A stretch of 60,764 bases of DNA, from assembly GCA_964619705.1 (NCBI GenBank), contig CAZUGF010000011.1, forward strand, positions 1-60,764, read 5' to 3'. Of this stretch, positions 60,008 to 60,764 are shown piece by piece. Position 1 is the first letter of the stretch; each line of letters begins with the position of its first letter. Both the position numbers and the translations under genes were made by a program. The notes under the pieces are model-generated. The model did no database searches and was not told the origin of the DNA. It saw only the letters and a list, made by a program, of their open reading frames with translations. The DNA comes from an uncultured Bifidobacteriaceae bacterium. GTDB taxonomy: Bacteria; Acidobacteriota; Vicinamibacteria; Vicinamibacterales; UBA2999.

Positions 60008-60514
60008 ATGAACACGAGGATTCGCTGCTGTATCACCGCTGTCGCCGTCATGACGGGCGTGCTGGCCGTCCAGGTGCAGGCGCAGGTGCCGGGCCAGATC
60101 CGGGTCGACGGCCACGTTCACGACTTTACCGGGGCGATGACGCCACCCGACCCACTGGGCCCGTGGCAGATCGACGGCGACTGGACGGTGACCTATTCCA
60201 TCGCGTCGGGCACGGTCGACTTCGTCGCGTCGCTCAACATGATCCGCTCCGACAACACCACGCGTGCGGCCCACACGCATCATGTGCGGATGAGCGGCGC
60301 CCAGGTGACGGAGATCGCCGGCGGGTACCGCATCACGGGCGCGGCGTCGATCACGTCGAACGGGGCGCTGGCCGGGTTCTCCGGTTCACCCGTCGAGATC
60401 GACCTGACGGGCGGCCCGGCACTGGCGTTTGCGACGGTGAAGGTGCGGTTCGGCGGAGCGGCCGCGGCGCACTTCGGCGAGGCGCCGCTCGGCGGCGTGG
60501 TGGTCCTGCAGTAG
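60008..60514 (+). CDS. Secreted hypothetical protein
   Basis: GGAGG Shine-Dalgarno, signal peptide MNTRIRCCITAVAVMTGVLAVQVQAQ, high GC3, no recognised domain. Confidence 0.65.
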   Translation: MNTRIRCCITAVAVMTGVLAVQVQAQVPGQIRVDGHVHDFTGAMTPPDPLGPWQIDGDWTVTYSIASGTVDFVASLNMIRSDNTTRAAHTHHVRMSGAQVTEIAGGYRITGAASITSNGALAGFSGSPVEIDLTGGPALAFATVKVRFGGAAAAHFGEAPLGGVVVLQ

Positions 60515-60764
60515 ACGGCAGTACGCATCCCGGGGGCCTTGCGTTCCTCGTCCTGTCGTCGCCGGCCAGCCGGCCGGCGCCGCCGCGGAGGTGCGCGCGA
60601 ATGCGCGCGACGTGCTCAGCGAATGGGCGACGAGCTGAACCCGGGCGGCTGGTGACGCGTCAGCCGAGGAACGCAAGGGCTCGAGATCCAACGCGTGGGC
60701 GTTCTTGCCGTTCCGGCGGCACGTGGTGCGCCAGGGGACCCATTCGAGCTGATCACAAGCCGCA

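Noticed and set aside
60537-60678. 14-bp inverted repeat CCTTGCGTTCCTCG ... CGAGGAACGCAAGG separated by 114 bp near the right edge, and possible partial gene(s) in 60530-60764
   Set aside because: The arms are short for a 70 percent GC genome and have no flanking features. No frame in the last 230 bp gave a convincing protein, and the window ends here. There is not enough evidence to call anything.

Overview
High-GC bacterial chromosomal segment. The gene content, such as a TonB-dependent receptor with a carboxypeptidase-regulatory-like N-terminus, Tat-exported enzymes and sigma-54 activators, looks Acidobacteriota-like, but that is inference only. I call about 55 protein genes and one tRNA. 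Many long ORFs in the supplied track are Arg/Ala/Gly/Pro-rich antisense shadows of real genes and are rejected. The left edge (1 to about 5800) is a visibly lower-GC island next to the 3' end of an initiator tRNA-Met. It carries a large serine recombinase, an XRE-family regulator and a large NACHT-like STAND NTPase. The NTPase is missing from the ORF track because it runs off the window. The rest is core-like: kinase, outer-membrane protein, two-component system, TonB receptor, pirin, OsmC, FtsB, CutA, hutUH, purA, ppk1, rnc and an ABC-2 exporter. Four things stand out. (1) A tight eight-gene cluster at 13.5-20.9 kb: GTP cyclohydrolase II, RibD_C-type reductase, atypical PTPS/QueD-family protein, MDR dehydrogenase, methyltransferase, GT4 glycosyltransferase, CDP-alcohol phosphatidyltransferase and a membrane sulfatase/LtaS-like transferase. 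I know of no assigned product; it suggests a lipid-linked GTP-derived pyrimidine or pteridine conjugate. (2) A roughly 275-bp array of 10-11-bp G-rich repeats followed by their C-rich complement at 12.6-12.9 kb. (3) A group of PLP enzymes with twin-arginine signals at 49.7-57.6 kb, including tandem aminotransferase paralogs of which only one has an intact Tat signal. (4) A divergent pair of sensor-less sigma-54 activators with a stand-alone receiver and a small ORF. All functional calls come from reading motifs by eye. No database search was run.
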